A DNA stretch of 64,000 bases from an uncultured Planctomycetales bacterium (GTDB lineage: Bacteria; Omnitrophota; Gorgyraeia; Gygaellales; Profunditerraquicolaceae): contig CAZOGI010000008.1 of NCBI GenBank assembly GCA_964579435.1, positions 2,096 through 66,095 on the forward strand, read 5' to 3'. Numbering within the stretch: position 1 is the first letter of the stretch; each line of letters begins with the position of its first letter. Shown piece after piece: positions 44,869 to 54,558 of this stretch. The translations under genes and the position numbers were made by a program. The notes below the pieces were generated by a model. That model worked only from the letters and a program-made list of their open reading frames with translations. It was not told the origin of the DNA and did not search any database.

Positions 44869-45691
44869 GCTGACGCCGCTTCAATCCCCTGCGAACGCGC
44901 CGTATCCCCAATACCGCCAGTGGAAAACGCCCCGCGCGCACTCCTGCGCCCTCCTCATCCACGGACTGGGCGCGCACAGCGGCAGGTGGGAATACCTCGC
45001 GGGGCGGCTCACCGCCGAGGGGATAGAAGGCTTCGCCGTCGAACTGAGGGGGTTTGGGGAATCCAGCGCCCCGGCAGGCGACATCGATTCCTTCCGGACC
45101 TATCGAAACGACCTGCTGCGGCTGCTCTCGATCATGACCGGGCAACCCGGCGGCGAGCACATCTTCGTTATCGCAGAGAGCATGGGTGCGCTCCTGGCCC
45201 TTTCTCTTGCGGCAGAACTGCCGCCCCAGTGCAGAGGACTGGCCTGCATGGCACCCGCGTTCAAAAGCCGACTTCCGTTCTCCTGGCGCGCACGCGCCGG
45301 CTTCCTGCTCAGCTGCCTGCTCAACCCGCTGCAGCGATTCGGACTGCCGATCAAAAGCGCCGAATGCACACGCGACCCGCTCATGCGCGCTCGCATGGAC
45401 CAGGATCCGAGGGAAAAACGCAGCGTCTCGGCGCGACAGCTGCGGGAGGTCCTGCGCCTGCAGCGGTACGCGGCGGCATGCGGCCCTGCGCTGTCGGTAC
45501 CGGTGCTCTTTCAGCTTGCGGGAGACGACCACATCATCGACTCCGCGGCGGCGCGGCGTTTCTTCTCCCGGCAATCCTGGCCCGACAAAGAACTCATCGA
45601 ATATCCGCAGATGGCCCATGTGCTGGCAATCGACCAAGGCAAGGAACGCGTCGCCGACGACCTTCTCGGCTGGATCAAGCGGCACCGGTAG
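44861..45691 (+). CDS. Alpha/beta hydrolase (lysophospholipase / monoacylglycerol-lipase-like)
   Basis: HGLGAHSGRWEY (the HG oxyanion motif), the nucleophile elbow IAESMGALLA (GxSxG variant AESMG), and C-terminal D and H residues. Confidence 0.7.
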   Translation: MPELTPLQSPANAPYPQYRQWKTPRAHSCALLIHGLGAHSGRWEYLAGRLTAEGIEGFAVELRGFGESSAPAGDIDSFRTYRNDLLRLLSIMTGQPGGEHIFVIAESMGALLALSLAAELPPQCRGLACMAPAFKSRLPFSWRARAGFLLSCLLNPLQRFGLPIKSAECTRDPLMRARMDQDPREKRSVSARQLREVLRLQRYAAACGPALSVPVLFQLAGDDHIIDSAAARRFFSRQSWPDKELIEYPQMAHVLAIDQGKERVADDLLGWIKRHR

Positions 45692-45704
45692 GAGGGACAT
45701 CCGT

Positions 45705-47177
45705 ATGCGCACGATCGTCGCGATCGATCAGGGAACGACCGGAAGCAGAGCGCTGGCGTACAATGCACACGGGGCCTGCGTGGCCAGCGCCTACCAGGAA
45801 TTCAGACAGCATTTTCCCCGGCCCGGCTGGGTTGAGCATGACCCGCGGGATATCGCTGAGAGCGTCCAAAGCTGCCTGGCGCGCCTGACGAAGAAGATAC
45901 CGGCCCGCTCCATCGCAGCGATCGGCATCACCAACCAGAGGGAAACGACCGTCCTCTGGGAACGCTCCACGGGCAGGCCGATAGCCAATGCGATCGTCTG
46001 GCAGTGCCGCCGGACCGCTCCCCGCTGCGCATCGCTCCAGAAAGACGCGCGGCTGGCCGCGGTTGTGCGCGAGAAGACCGGGCTGCCGATCGACGCCTAT
46101 TTTTCGGCGACCAAGATCGAATGGCTCCTCAGGAATACCCCCGGCGCCCTTGAGCGCGCGCGCAGGGGAGAGCTCTGTTTCGGCACCACCGACAGCTGGG
46201 TCCTCTGGAACCTCACCGCAGGCAAGAGCCATGCCACCGATCTCACCAACGCTTCACGCACCATGCTCTTTGATATCAACCGCCTGCGCTGGGATGCGGG
46301 CCTTTTGAGCCTTTTCTCCATACCGCAGGCGCTCCTGCCGCAGGCGCTGCCGTCTTCGGGGAACTTCGGCATCACCGCCAAGACCAAGGCGCTGCCCGCA
46401 GGCATACCGATAACCGGGATCGCCGGCGACCAACAGGCCGCGCTCTTCGGGCAGGCCTGCTTTGCTCCGGGACAGATGAAAAACACCTACGGAACCGGCA
46501 GTTTCATCCTGCTCAATACCGGCAGAAAACGCGTGCGCTCACGCCACGGGCTCATCACCACCCTGGGCTGCGCGGCGCAGACAGAAGCGGTATATGTGCT
46601 GGAAGGCTCGGTCTTCATCGCCGGAGCGGCGATCCAATGGCTGCGCGACGGGCTCAAGATCATCAACGCCGCCCCGGAAACCGAACAACTCGCCCGCAGC
46701 ATCGAGGGAAACGACGGCGTGTATTTCGTCCCCGCTCTCGTCGGCCTGGGCGCGCCCCACTGGAACCCGCAGGCGCGGGGGCTGATCTGCGGGATCACCC
46801 GCGGAACAAACCGGGCGCATTTGGCGCGCGCGGCGCTGGAGGCGATCTGCTACCAGACCAGGGACGTGCTGGAGGCGATGCGCAAGGACAGCGGCTTGAA
46901 GCTCGATCGCCTCAAGATCGACGGAGGAGCGGCAGCCAACGATTTCCTCTGCCAGTTCCAGGCGGATATCCTCGGCATTCCCGTGGTCCGACCCACGATC
47001 ATCGAAACGACCGCTCGGGGCGCCGCATACCTGGCCGGGCTGGGAAGCGGATATTGGGAAAACATCTCCCGGATCGGGCGCTTCGGGCAGCAAAACCGTA
47101 CGTTCATTCCGCGCATGAAGAAAAACCGGGCAGACGAACTGTACCGCGGCTGGAAAACAGCCGTCGGCAAAACCTGA
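45705..47177 (+). CDS. glpK: Glycerol kinase
   Basis: AIDQGTTGSRA, ITNQRETTVLW and GTTDSWVLWNLTAG are FGGY-family GlpK signatures. GGAGGGA RBS upstream. Confidence 0.9.
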   Translation: MRTIVAIDQGTTGSRALAYNAHGACVASAYQEFRQHFPRPGWVEHDPRDIAESVQSCLARLTKKIPARSIAAIGITNQRETTVLWERSTGRPIANAIVWQCRRTAPRCASLQKDARLAAVVREKTGLPIDAYFSATKIEWLLRNTPGALERARRGELCFGTTDSWVLWNLTAGKSHATDLTNASRTMLFDINRLRWDAGLLSLFSIPQALLPQALPSSGNFGITAKTKALPAGIPITGIAGDQQAALFGQACFAPGQMKNTYGTGSFILLNTGRKRVRSRHGLITTLGCAAQTEAVYVLEGSVFIAGAAIQWLRDGLKIINAAPETEQLARSIEGNDGVYFVPALVGLGAPHWNPQARGLICGITRGTNRAHLARAALEAICYQTRDVLEAMRKDSGLKLDRLKIDGGAAANDFLCQFQADILGIPVVRPTIIETTARGAAYLAGLGSGYWENISRIGRFGQQNRTFIPRMKKNRADELYRGWKTAVGKT

Positions 47178-47180
47178 CTT

Positions 47181-47984
47181 TTGACAATGAACCCCGACCG
47201 AGCGACCGGCGCTCCCGAGGCATCCCGGCACAGAGGCGTCTCGCTCTTCATCCCCGTCTATAACGCCGCGCACCTGCTCAACGACACCGTGCAGGCATGC
47301 GCCGCCTCCCTCGCCGGACTTGGGGAGGCCTGTGAGATCGTCATTGTAGACGACAATTCAACCGACGCGTCGCGTCAGCGGGCGCGTCTGCTCCAGGACC
47401 AATACCGGCACACGGGTATCCCGCTGCGTTGCCTCTCCTATACCCTTGGCCCGACCCGCCGGGAGAATTTGGCGCAATCGCTGCGGCTGGCGCGCCACGA
47501 AACGATCGGTTTCCTGGACGCCGATCGTTCCTGCGAAGCCTCTTTTCTGGTGAAGGCGATCCGGCTGCTTGAGACGGAACGCTGGGATATCGTCGTCGGA
47601 AGCCGTTATATCCCCGGCTCGACGCTCAAACGCCGCAAGGCACGGCGGATCATGAGCTTCTTTTACAACGCCACGGTCAGGCTGGTTTTCAAGAGCCGGA
47701 TACGGGACCACCAGTGCGGGCTGAAGGTATTCGATAAGCGCACCGTCATGCCCGTCATCGAAGAGATGGGCTTCGACGAAACCCTCACCCGGGGATGGTT
47801 CTGGGACGCGGAGCTCCTGATCCGCGCCCAGCGCAAGGGACTGACGATAAAAGAGATGCCTGTTGATTGGACGTATGCGGACACCAGCACCTTCGAGCTG
47901 AAACGCGAGCTGCGGTGCCTGAAGGCGATCCTGCGCCTATGGCGCACCCTGCGCAGCGCCAAAATTCCGGAGCCGTCTTGCTGA
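47181..47984 (+). CDS. Glycosyltransferase family 2, polyprenol-phosphate sugar transferase-like (DPM/GtrB-type)
   Basis: SLFIPVYNAA...IVIVDDNSTDAS...FLDADRS form the GT-A DxD pattern. GSRY...QCGLKVFDKR resembles GtrB/DPM1-type enzymes. Confidence 0.7.
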   Translation: MTMNPDRATGAPEASRHRGVSLFIPVYNAAHLLNDTVQACAASLAGLGEACEIVIVDDNSTDASRQRARLLQDQYRHTGIPLRCLSYTLGPTRRENLAQSLRLARHETIGFLDADRSCEASFLVKAIRLLETERWDIVVGSRYIPGSTLKRRKARRIMSFFYNATVRLVFKSRIRDHQCGLKVFDKRTVMPVIEEMGFDETLTRGWFWDAELLIRAQRKGLTIKEMPVDWTYADTSTFELKRELRCLKAILRLWRTLRSAKIPEPSC

Positions 47985-49012
47985 AATCACCCCTGTACCG
48001 TCTCCTCGCCGTTCTCCTGGGCGCGCTCCTGCCCTTGCTGCTCTTTGAGGCCTATATGAGCCTGGCGCTGCGCTTTCCCGTCCTGTGCACGAGAGCGACG
48101 CTGAAGTTTGCCGGATATATCTATTATTGGGGGTACCGGGAAGAGATCCAATTCAAACCCGAATGCGCCCGATACGATCCCGAACTCACCTATACGCTCA
48201 AGCCGGGGGCCTGCTCCTTTAAAGGGTCGGAGTTCGAAACCACCGTAGCGGTCAACAGCGCCGGCCTGCGCGACGACGAAAATTCCCTCGTCAAGCCGGA
48301 TATCATCGTGCTGGGCGACTCGATAGCGATGGGCTGGGGGGTAGACCAGGACGAAACCTATGCGCAGCTGATCGAAAAAAACGGCACGATGAAAGTCCTC
48401 AATGCCGGGATCGCATCGTACGGCACGGTACGGGAAATGCGCCTGCTCGATCGGCTCGATACATCGAACCTGAAATACCTCCTCATCCACTATATGTGGA
48501 ACGACGGCCGGGAGAACAAGGCATTCGCCATGAACCGGAACTCCCTCACTATCAGCAGCCAAGACGAATACCTGCGCGTGCGATCGCTCCACTTCCGCCG
48601 CAGGCGATACTTCCCCTTCAAATACACGCTCCTGAGTTTGTATTATCCGATACGCGGGATCAAAGCGCGGATACACCAAAAACTCAACGGCGCGCCGCAG
48701 CGCCCGGCAGAACAGGATGAATCCCCGTCGAGCGAAGCGCGATTGTTCCTCAATGCGCTGCTGCATGCCTCACGGACCGATCTGACGGGAGTCAGGGTAG
48801 CGGTCATTTCCCATGAAGAATATTTTTTGACGGCGCTCAAAGAAGAGCTGGCCACCGGAGACTATCCCGATCATATCAGGGAGATGACCATTATCCCCAT
48901 CCACGCGGCGTTAACGGGCAAAACTCAATTCTTTCTGGATGACCACCTCCGGGCCGAAGGGCACCGGATAATCGCCGCACAGATACACAAAACCCTCCCC
49001 CAAACCCGATGA
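47978..49012 (+). CDS. SGNH/GDSL hydrolase family protein with N-terminal TM anchor
   Basis: TM helix (LLAVLLGALLPLLLF), block I (IIVLGDSIAMGWG), block III-like (LNAGIASYGT). The start is uncertain: TTG at 47978 with GGAG 6 nt upstream, or the ATG at 47867 overlapping the upstream gene. Confidence 0.5.
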   Translation: MLKSPLYRLLAVLLGALLPLLLFEAYMSLALRFPVLCTRATLKFAGYIYYWGYREEIQFKPECARYDPELTYTLKPGACSFKGSEFETTVAVNSAGLRDDENSLVKPDIIVLGDSIAMGWGVDQDETYAQLIEKNGTMKVLNAGIASYGTVREMRLLDRLDTSNLKYLLIHYMWNDGRENKAFAMNRNSLTISSQDEYLRVRSLHFRRRRYFPFKYTLLSLYYPIRGIKARIHQKLNGAPQRPAEQDESPSSEARLFLNALLHASRTDLTGVRVAVISHEEYFLTALKEELATGDYPDHIREMTIIPIHAALTGKTQFFLDDHLRAEGHRIIAAQIHKTLPQTR

Positions 49013-49034
49013 GACACCCACAGGCAGGGGAACG

Positions 49035-50462
49035 ATGAGCACGCATGACCTGATCATAATCGGCGCCGGGATCACCGGGGCATCCGTCGCCCGCGAACTC
49101 TCGCGCTACCGCCTCAAGATCCTGGTCCTGGAACGGGAAGAAGAGCCGGCGTTCGGCGTCTCCAAATCCAACAGCGGCATCATCCATCCCGGTATTCAGA
49201 ATCCTCCCGGTTCGCTCAAAGGCCGTCTCTGCGTCGCCGGCAACCGGCTCGTGCGCACCCTCGCGCGCGAGCTGGGGGTCGATTTCAAAGAGGTCGGCGA
49301 GCTCGTCGTTGCCTTTACCGAGGCCGACCTGCGGCGCCTGCGCCAGATCGAGCGGGAGGGCATTGCCCTCGGCGTCCCGCGCCTGCGCATGGTCGACCGG
49401 GAGTGGCTGCGCCGAAACGAACCGAACCTGAACCGGGAGATCATCGGCGCGCTCCTGGCGCCCAGCGCCGGCATCATCAGCCCGTACCGCTTCGTCTACG
49501 ATCTCTGCGAGAACGCCGCGCGCAACGGCGTGCGCATCGAAACCGGCGCCCGGGTAGAGGCAATCGGGAGGACCGGCGGCGGTTTTGAGGTCTCCACCTC
49601 CCGCGGGATTTTCCGCAGCCGCTTTATCGCCAACTGCGCCGGGCTCTTTGCCGACGAGATCGCGCGCATGGTCGGGATCTTGGATTTCTCCGTCCGTGCG
49701 CGCAAGGGCGAGGAATTCCTGCTGGACAAAAAACGCCAGTACCTGACAAACCGGCTTATCTTTCCGCTCCCGCAGCAGAACTCCAAGGGCATCCTCATCA
49801 TCAAGACCGCGGACGGCAACCCGATGATCGGGCCGACGGCGCATGAAACCGACGACAAAAACGACCTCTCCACCAGCGACGCGGGATTGCGCGAAGTGCT
49901 GGATGCCGCCCGACGCCTGGTGCCGTCAATCGACGCAAAGGACATCATCGCGTATTTCGCCGGCCTAAGGCCGACAGTGGGGGAGGATTTCCTTATCCGC
50001 AGGGAGCCTGCGGTCCCCGGCATGATCACCGTCGCCGGGATACAATCCCCCGGGCTCACCGCGGCCTCGGCGATCGCGCCGCTGGTCGCCGGACTGCTGA
50101 GAGAAGCGGGGCTGCGGCTGCGCCGCAAGATCGTCTTTTACGCACACCGCCCACGATCGATCCACCTCTTCTCGATACCGCCCAACCGGACAAAAGCGCT
50201 GGTCGAAAAGGACCCGGCGTACGGCGATATCGTCTGCCGCTGCGAGATGGTCTCGGCTCAGGAGGTGCGCGATGCGATCCGCCGCGGGGCACGCACCCTC
50301 GACGGGATAAAATTCCGGACCCGCGCCCAGGCAGGACGCTGCCACGGCGGCTTCTGCACCACCCGCCTGATGAAAATCCTTGCCGAAGAGCTTTCGATTC
50401 CGGTCACTGCCGTCACCAAACGGGGGGCGGGGTCGCAGATCGTCACCGGAGGCCCGCTCTAG
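49035..50462 (+). CDS. FAD-dependent oxidoreductase, anaerobic glycerol-3-phosphate dehydrogenase-like, with C-terminal BFD-like [2Fe-2S] domain
   Basis: N-terminal FAD motif (DLIIIGAGITGASVAREL) and the C-terminal Cys pattern (CRCEMV...GRCHGGFC) typical of BFD-like domains in GlpA-type enzymes. Confidence 0.75.
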   Translation: MSTHDLIIIGAGITGASVARELSRYRLKILVLEREEEPAFGVSKSNSGIIHPGIQNPPGSLKGRLCVAGNRLVRTLARELGVDFKEVGELVVAFTEADLRRLRQIEREGIALGVPRLRMVDREWLRRNEPNLNREIIGALLAPSAGIISPYRFVYDLCENAARNGVRIETGARVEAIGRTGGGFEVSTSRGIFRSRFIANCAGLFADEIARMVGILDFSVRARKGEEFLLDKKRQYLTNRLIFPLPQQNSKGILIIKTADGNPMIGPTAHETDDKNDLSTSDAGLREVLDAARRLVPSIDAKDIIAYFAGLRPTVGEDFLIRREPAVPGMITVAGIQSPGLTAASAIAPLVAGLLREAGLRLRRKIVFYAHRPRSIHLFSIPPNRTKALVEKDPAYGDIVCRCEMVSAQEVRDAIRRGARTLDGIKFRTRAQAGRCHGGFCTTRLMKILAEELSIPVTAVTKRGAGSQIVTGGPL

Positions 50463-51457
50463 TGCGCAGACGCCAGTTGGTGATCGTCGGAGCCGGACCC
50501 GCGGGCATGGCCGCCGCACTCGCTGCCCGCGCCGAGGGCATCGAGGATATCCTGATGATCGAACGCGACCAGTTTCCCGGCGGCATCCTCAACCAGTGCA
50601 TCCACACCGGATTCGGGATCTTCCATTTCAGGGAAACCCTCACCGGTCCCGAATACGCCCAGCGCTTCATCGACCGGATCGAGCAAACCCCGGGCATCGA
50701 GATCAGCCTGCGCTCCTTCGCCGTGAAGCTTTCGCGCGAACGCGTCCTCACCTATCTGAAACCGGGCCGGATGGAAGAAGTGCGGGCAGAGGCATTGATC
50801 ATGGCCACCGGATGCAGGGAGCGCACGCGCGAGATGGTGCACCTCGCCGGCTCCCGGCCGGCGGGAGTCTTTCCTGCCGGCCTGGCCCAGAAACTGATCA
50901 ACTGCGAAGGGCTCCTGCCGGGAAGAAGCGTCGTTATTGTCGGGTCAGGTGATATCGGCCTGATCATGGCGCGCCGCTTCTCGCTCGAGGGCGCGGCGGT
51001 TAAAGCGGCCATCGAGATACTCCCCGAGCCGCGCGGCCTGGCGCGCAATATCGCTCAGTGCCTGGATGATTTCCGGATCCCCCTGTACCTGAGCCACCGG
51101 GTGAGCGCCATCCGGGGCGCTCAGCGCGTCCAGGGGGTGAGGGTGTGCCGGGTGGATGCCGACTGTACTGACGTGCCGGGAACGGAATTCGAGATGGAGT
51201 GCGACACGGTGCTCGTTTCGGTCGGCCTCATTCCGGAAAACGAGCTCCTGGAAATGGCCGGGGCGCAGATCGACCCGGCGAGCAACTGTCCCGTAACCAC
51301 CAATCCCCACGCCACCACTATCCCGGGGGTCTTTGTCTGCGGCAATGCCGCGCGGGTATATGATCTGGTGGACTGGGTTACCCGCGATAGCGCCAAGGCG
51401 GGGACAGAGGCGGCGCGCTATTTGAGGGGAGAGCAACAGAACGCCATTTCTGCATGA
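50462..51457 (+). CDS. NAD(P)/FAD-dependent oxidoreductase (pyridine nucleotide-disulfide oxidoreductase family)
   Basis: Two Rossmann motifs (LVIVGAGPAGMAAA and VVIVGSGDIGLIMA). The GTG start overlaps the upstream stop by 1 nt. Confidence 0.75.
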   Translation: MRRRQLVIVGAGPAGMAAALAARAEGIEDILMIERDQFPGGILNQCIHTGFGIFHFRETLTGPEYAQRFIDRIEQTPGIEISLRSFAVKLSRERVLTYLKPGRMEEVRAEALIMATGCRERTREMVHLAGSRPAGVFPAGLAQKLINCEGLLPGRSVVIVGSGDIGLIMARRFSLEGAAVKAAIEILPEPRGLARNIAQCLDDFRIPLYLSHRVSAIRGAQRVQGVRVCRVDADCTDVPGTEFEMECDTVLVSVGLIPENELLEMAGAQIDPASNCPVTTNPHATTIPGVFVCGNAARVYDLVDWVTRDSAKAGTEAARYLRGEQQNAISA

Positions 51458-51819
51458 AAAAAACATTCGTATGCATCGAATGCCCCAAGGGATGCCGCCT
51501 GCTCGCGGAGAGCGAGGGCAGCCGGCTGATCTCGGTCAGCGGACAGCAGTGCCCGCGGGGAGAAACCTATGCCCGCGCTGAAACCGAAAATCCTCAGCGC
51601 TTCGTCACCGGCACCGTACGCTGCGAAGGGCTGAACCTCAAACGGCTTCCGGTGCGTACCGACCGACCGGTCCCCAAAGACCGCGTCGCGCCGATCATGC
51701 ACGAGCTGCGCACGATCGTCATTACGCAGCCGCTGGGCTGCGGCGCGATCGTTCAAGAACGCATCCTGGGGCTGGAAGCGAACCTGGTCGCGACGCGACG
51801 CATCCAAAAGGCAGAATAG
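51454..51819 (+). CDS. DUF1667 domain protein (small Cys-containing subunit of the three-gene G3P-dehydrogenase-like cluster)
   Basis: CIECPKGC...CPRG cysteine motifs, 121 aa, and a position immediately after the two flavoprotein genes. Confidence 0.65.
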   Translation: MKKTFVCIECPKGCRLLAESEGSRLISVSGQQCPRGETYARAETENPQRFVTGTVRCEGLNLKRLPVRTDRPVPKDRVAPIMHELRTIVITQPLGCGAIVQERILGLEANLVATRRIQKAE

Positions 51820-51844
51820 GGCATTGCGGGTCGCCGCCGGCTGA

Positions 51845-51883
51845 ACTGTCCTTGTGTCCTGTGTCTTGTGTCTTTGTAATACC
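51845..51883 (-). repeat. CA-rich heptamer repeat array in reverse orientation (GTCTTGT-type on + strand)
   Basis: The + strand reads CTGTCCTTGTGTCCTGTGTCTTGTGTCTTTGT, which is the reverse complement of ACAAAGACACAAGACACAGGACACAAGGACAG. Confidence 0.45.
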
Positions 51884-51893
51884 TCCTCATCCT

Positions 51894-51920
51894 TGCACAA
51901 CGCCGATTCCGTGCTACAAT
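51894..51920 (+). promoter_or_regulatory. Candidate promoter TTGCAC-15-TGcTACAAT upstream of STAS gene
   Basis: TTGCAC 51894-99 and an extended -10 TGCTACAAT at 51912-20. The spacer is short at 15 nt. Confidence 0.3.
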
Positions 51921-51952
51921 AGAACACGCGTCCCAACGAAAACCGCCAAACG

Positions 51953-52309
51953 ATGAAGATCTCCTGGGAAGAAAAAAAAGGAATCGCGCTCTGTAGCCTG
52001 AAAGGGGAGCTGACCATCGATACGGCAGACCAGCTCAAGAAGGAGCTTTCGGCCCTGAGCGCGCCGCCGCGCAGCGTGATCATCAACTGCACGGGCCTGA
52101 CGTACCTCGACAGCACCGGGATCGCCACGATCCTGGGCCTCGCCAAAACCCTGGAGGAGGCGGCAGCAAAGATGTTCCTGTGCTGCCTTTCCCCGAAACT
52201 GCGCACGGTACTGAGAATCACCAGGCTGGACTCGGTGCTGGCGATCTGTGACTCGCAACAGGAGGCGTTGCAACAATGCCTGAACCCGCCGCAACGGCAG
52301 CAGGAGTGA
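51953..52309 (+). CDS. STAS domain protein (anti-sigma factor antagonist, SpoIIAA/RsbV-like)
   Basis: INCTGLTYLDSTGIATILGLAK contains the conserved phosphorylatable-serine-region motif (DSxG). Confidence 0.7.
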   Translation: MKISWEEKKGIALCSLKGELTIDTADQLKKELSALSAPPRSVIINCTGLTYLDSTGIATILGLAKTLEEAAAKMFLCCLSPKLRTVLRITRLDSVLAICDSQQEALQQCLNPPQRQQE

Positions 52310-53004
52310 AAACCAGCAAGATATTCGAGTACGAGAAGAAGGTGCGCCAGACCTACGGAAAACTCAAAGCAGCGTACGCCGAGATCAAGGAATCGTACTC
52401 GGAGATGATCTTCCGCTTTGCCCTTGCGGCGGAATACAAGGACGAGTCCACCGGCACGCACCTGGTGCGCATCGCCGACTACTGCACCGAGATCGGCAAA
52501 GGCCTGAAGCTGCCGCGGCGCGCGCTGGAGACCCTGCGCTACGCCAGCCCCATGCACGACATCGGCAAGCTGGTCATACCGGACGCGATCCTCAAGAAAC
52601 CCGCGGGGCTGACCCCCGAGGAGCGGGAAGTCGTCAAAAAGCATACCACCCTCGGCGCCGATATCTTCAAAAGCTCCTCCTCCTCGATCCTCAAGGCCGC
52701 CGGGGAGATCAGCCTGACGCACCACGAACGCTACGACGGCACCGGTTATCCCCGCGGCCTGCGGGGGGACGCGATCCCGCTCTTCGGCAGGATCACCGCC
52801 CTGGCCGACGTTTTCGACGCGCTGACCACCAAAAGGCCGTACAAAGACGCGTACGACTTTCCGCACGCCTGCCGTATCATCGCGCACGAAGCGGGGAGCC
52901 ACTTTGACCCGCGCATCGTCTCGGTCTTCCTCGCGCGCAAAAAACGCATCCGCGAGATCCTCAAAGCCACCCAGGACATCGAACACTTCATTGAAGGACA
53001 CTGA
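52276..53004 (+). CDS. HD-GYP domain protein (c-di-GMP phosphodiesterase family)
   Basis: HD (MHDIGKL), HTTLGADI, HHERYDGTGYPRGL (GYP), and ADVFDALTTKRPYK. Overlaps the STAS gene by 34 nt. Confidence 0.75.
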   Translation: MPEPAATAAGVKTSKIFEYEKKVRQTYGKLKAAYAEIKESYSEMIFRFALAAEYKDESTGTHLVRIADYCTEIGKGLKLPRRALETLRYASPMHDIGKLVIPDAILKKPAGLTPEEREVVKKHTTLGADIFKSSSSSILKAAGEISLTHHERYDGTGYPRGLRGDAIPLFGRITALADVFDALTTKRPYKDAYDFPHACRIIAHEAGSHFDPRIVSVFLARKKRIREILKATQDIEHFIEGH

Positions 53005-53011
53005 CACCACC

Positions 53012-53437
53012 ATGCCCCCGGACACGACCCTTGTGCATCAAGAGCTGCCTTCGACGCTTGAAGCGGTCACCGCCTTCGCCGACGCATGCATCCAGAAGCT
53101 GCAGAAGGCGGGCATCGACCAGGATAAACTCTTCTCGATCAAACTGGCGCTGGGAGAAGCCCTCGCCAACGCCGTCAAACACGGCAATAGATTCGACCCC
53201 GCGCTCACCGTGACCGTCTCGATCGAACGGCGGGAAGACGCCCTGCAGATCTCGGTCCGCGACCAGGGCTCGGGTTTCGACAGCGCCGTCGTCCCCGACC
53301 CGACTCACCCGGAGAATCTCCTGAAAACCTCCGGCCGCGGCATTTTTTTGATCCGCTCGATCATGGACCGGGTCGAATTTTTGGATTGTGGCCGTCAGGT
53401 AAAGATGGTAAAATTACTCAATCACCGGGAGGACTGA
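53012..53437 (+). CDS. Anti-sigma regulatory factor-like serine protein kinase (RsbW/SpoIIAB-type GHKL ATPase)
   Basis: LALGEALANAVKHGN is the N-box (E..NA..HG). The G1/G2 region is VRDQGSGFD...SGRGIFLIRSIMD. Length 141 aa. Confidence 0.65.
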   Translation: MPPDTTLVHQELPSTLEAVTAFADACIQKLQKAGIDQDKLFSIKLALGEALANAVKHGNRFDPALTVTVSIERREDALQISVRDQGSGFDSAVVPDPTHPENLLKTSGRGIFLIRSIMDRVEFLDCGRQVKMVKLLNHRED

Positions 53438-53769
53438 TGGACATACGCGAAGAAAAACTCAACGACACCGTCGTCTGCTCCCTGGACGGGGAGGTCAACA
53501 TCAACAACTCCCCCGAACTGCGCAAATACTTCGACACGCTCGTCAAACGCAGCGAGAAGAAGGTGGTCGTCGATTTCGCGCGCGTTCCCTACATCGACAG
53601 CTCGGGCCTGGCCACCCTCATCGAAATGCTCCAGCGGCTCAAGCGCATCGGCGGGGAACTGCGTTTCTGCACCCTCGCACAAAAGGTCCAGGATGTCATA
53701 GAGGTGACGAAGCTCAACCGCCTCTTCTCCATATTCGACACGCGCGAAGCGGCGCTGAAAGATTTTTAA
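53437..53769 (+). CDS. STAS domain protein (anti-sigma antagonist-like; positioned as MlaB-like partner of the downstream Mla transporter)
   Basis: VDFARVPYIDSSGLATLIEM with the conserved serine. Its ATG overlaps the RsbW-like stop, and it sits directly upstream of mlaE. Confidence 0.65.
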   Translation: MDIREEKLNDTVVCSLDGEVNINNSPELRKYFDTLVKRSEKKVVVDFARVPYIDSSGLATLIEMLQRLKRIGGELRFCTLAQKVQDVIEVTKLNRLFSIFDTREAALKDF

Positions 53770-54558
53770 ATGGTAGAACGCCTCGGGCGCTTTGTCATCG
53801 AATACCTGCAGTGGCTCCTGGGCCTCGCCAGGCTCCTGAGAGAAATCCTCTTCTGGACCTTCATCGGCCCCTTCAAAGGCAAGGCCGCGCACCGGCAGAG
53901 CATCATGCAGCAGATGATCTTCGTCGGGATCCGTTCCACCCTCATCGTCTTTTTCGTCGATATCTTCACCGGCATCGTCCTGGCGATGCAATCGGCGTAC
54001 CAGCTGGAAAAAATGGGGGCGACCATCTACGTCGCCTCGCTGGTGGCGATCTCCGCCTGCCGCGAGCTGAGCCCCGTGCTCACCGCCCTCGTCGTCGCCG
54101 GGCGCACCGGCTCGGCCATCGCCGCGGAGCTGGGGACGATGCGCGTCACCGAACAGATCGAAGCCCTGGAGACGATGTCGATCAACCCGGTGCGCTTCCT
54201 GGCGGTCCCGCGGTTTCTGGCCCTCCTCTTCATGCTCCCGGCCCTGACGGTCGTGGGAAATTTGAGCGCCATACTCGGCGGCTTCATCGTCGGAACCGGC
54301 AGCCTCAGCATCAACCCGGATCTCTATATGCATACGACCTTCAAATTCCTGGCGATCAAGGACGTCACGACCGGGCTCTTCAAGGCATTCATCTTCGGCA
54401 TGATCATCGCCCTCATCGGCTGTTACGAAGGGCTCAACACCCGGGGCGGGGCGGAGGGCGTCGGCAAGAGCACCACGCGCAGCGTCGTGATCAGCTTTAT
54501 CCTGGTGATCCTGGCTGACTGCGTGATGACCACCATTTTCTACTTCTCCAACGTATGA
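53770..54558 (+). CDS. mlaE: MlaE-family ABC transporter permease
   Basis: MlaE/Ttg2B-type permease. The motif GRTGSAIAAELGTMRVTEQIEALETMSINP is strongly conserved in the family. Confidence 0.8.
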   Translation: MVERLGRFVIEYLQWLLGLARLLREILFWTFIGPFKGKAAHRQSIMQQMIFVGIRSTLIVFFVDIFTGIVLAMQSAYQLEKMGATIYVASLVAISACRELSPVLTALVVAGRTGSAIAAELGTMRVTEQIEALETMSINPVRFLAVPRFLALLFMLPALTVVGNLSAILGGFIVGTGSLSINPDLYMHTTFKFLAIKDVTTGLFKAFIFGMIIALIGCYEGLNTRGGAEGVGKSTTRSVVISFILVILADCVMTTIFYFSNV

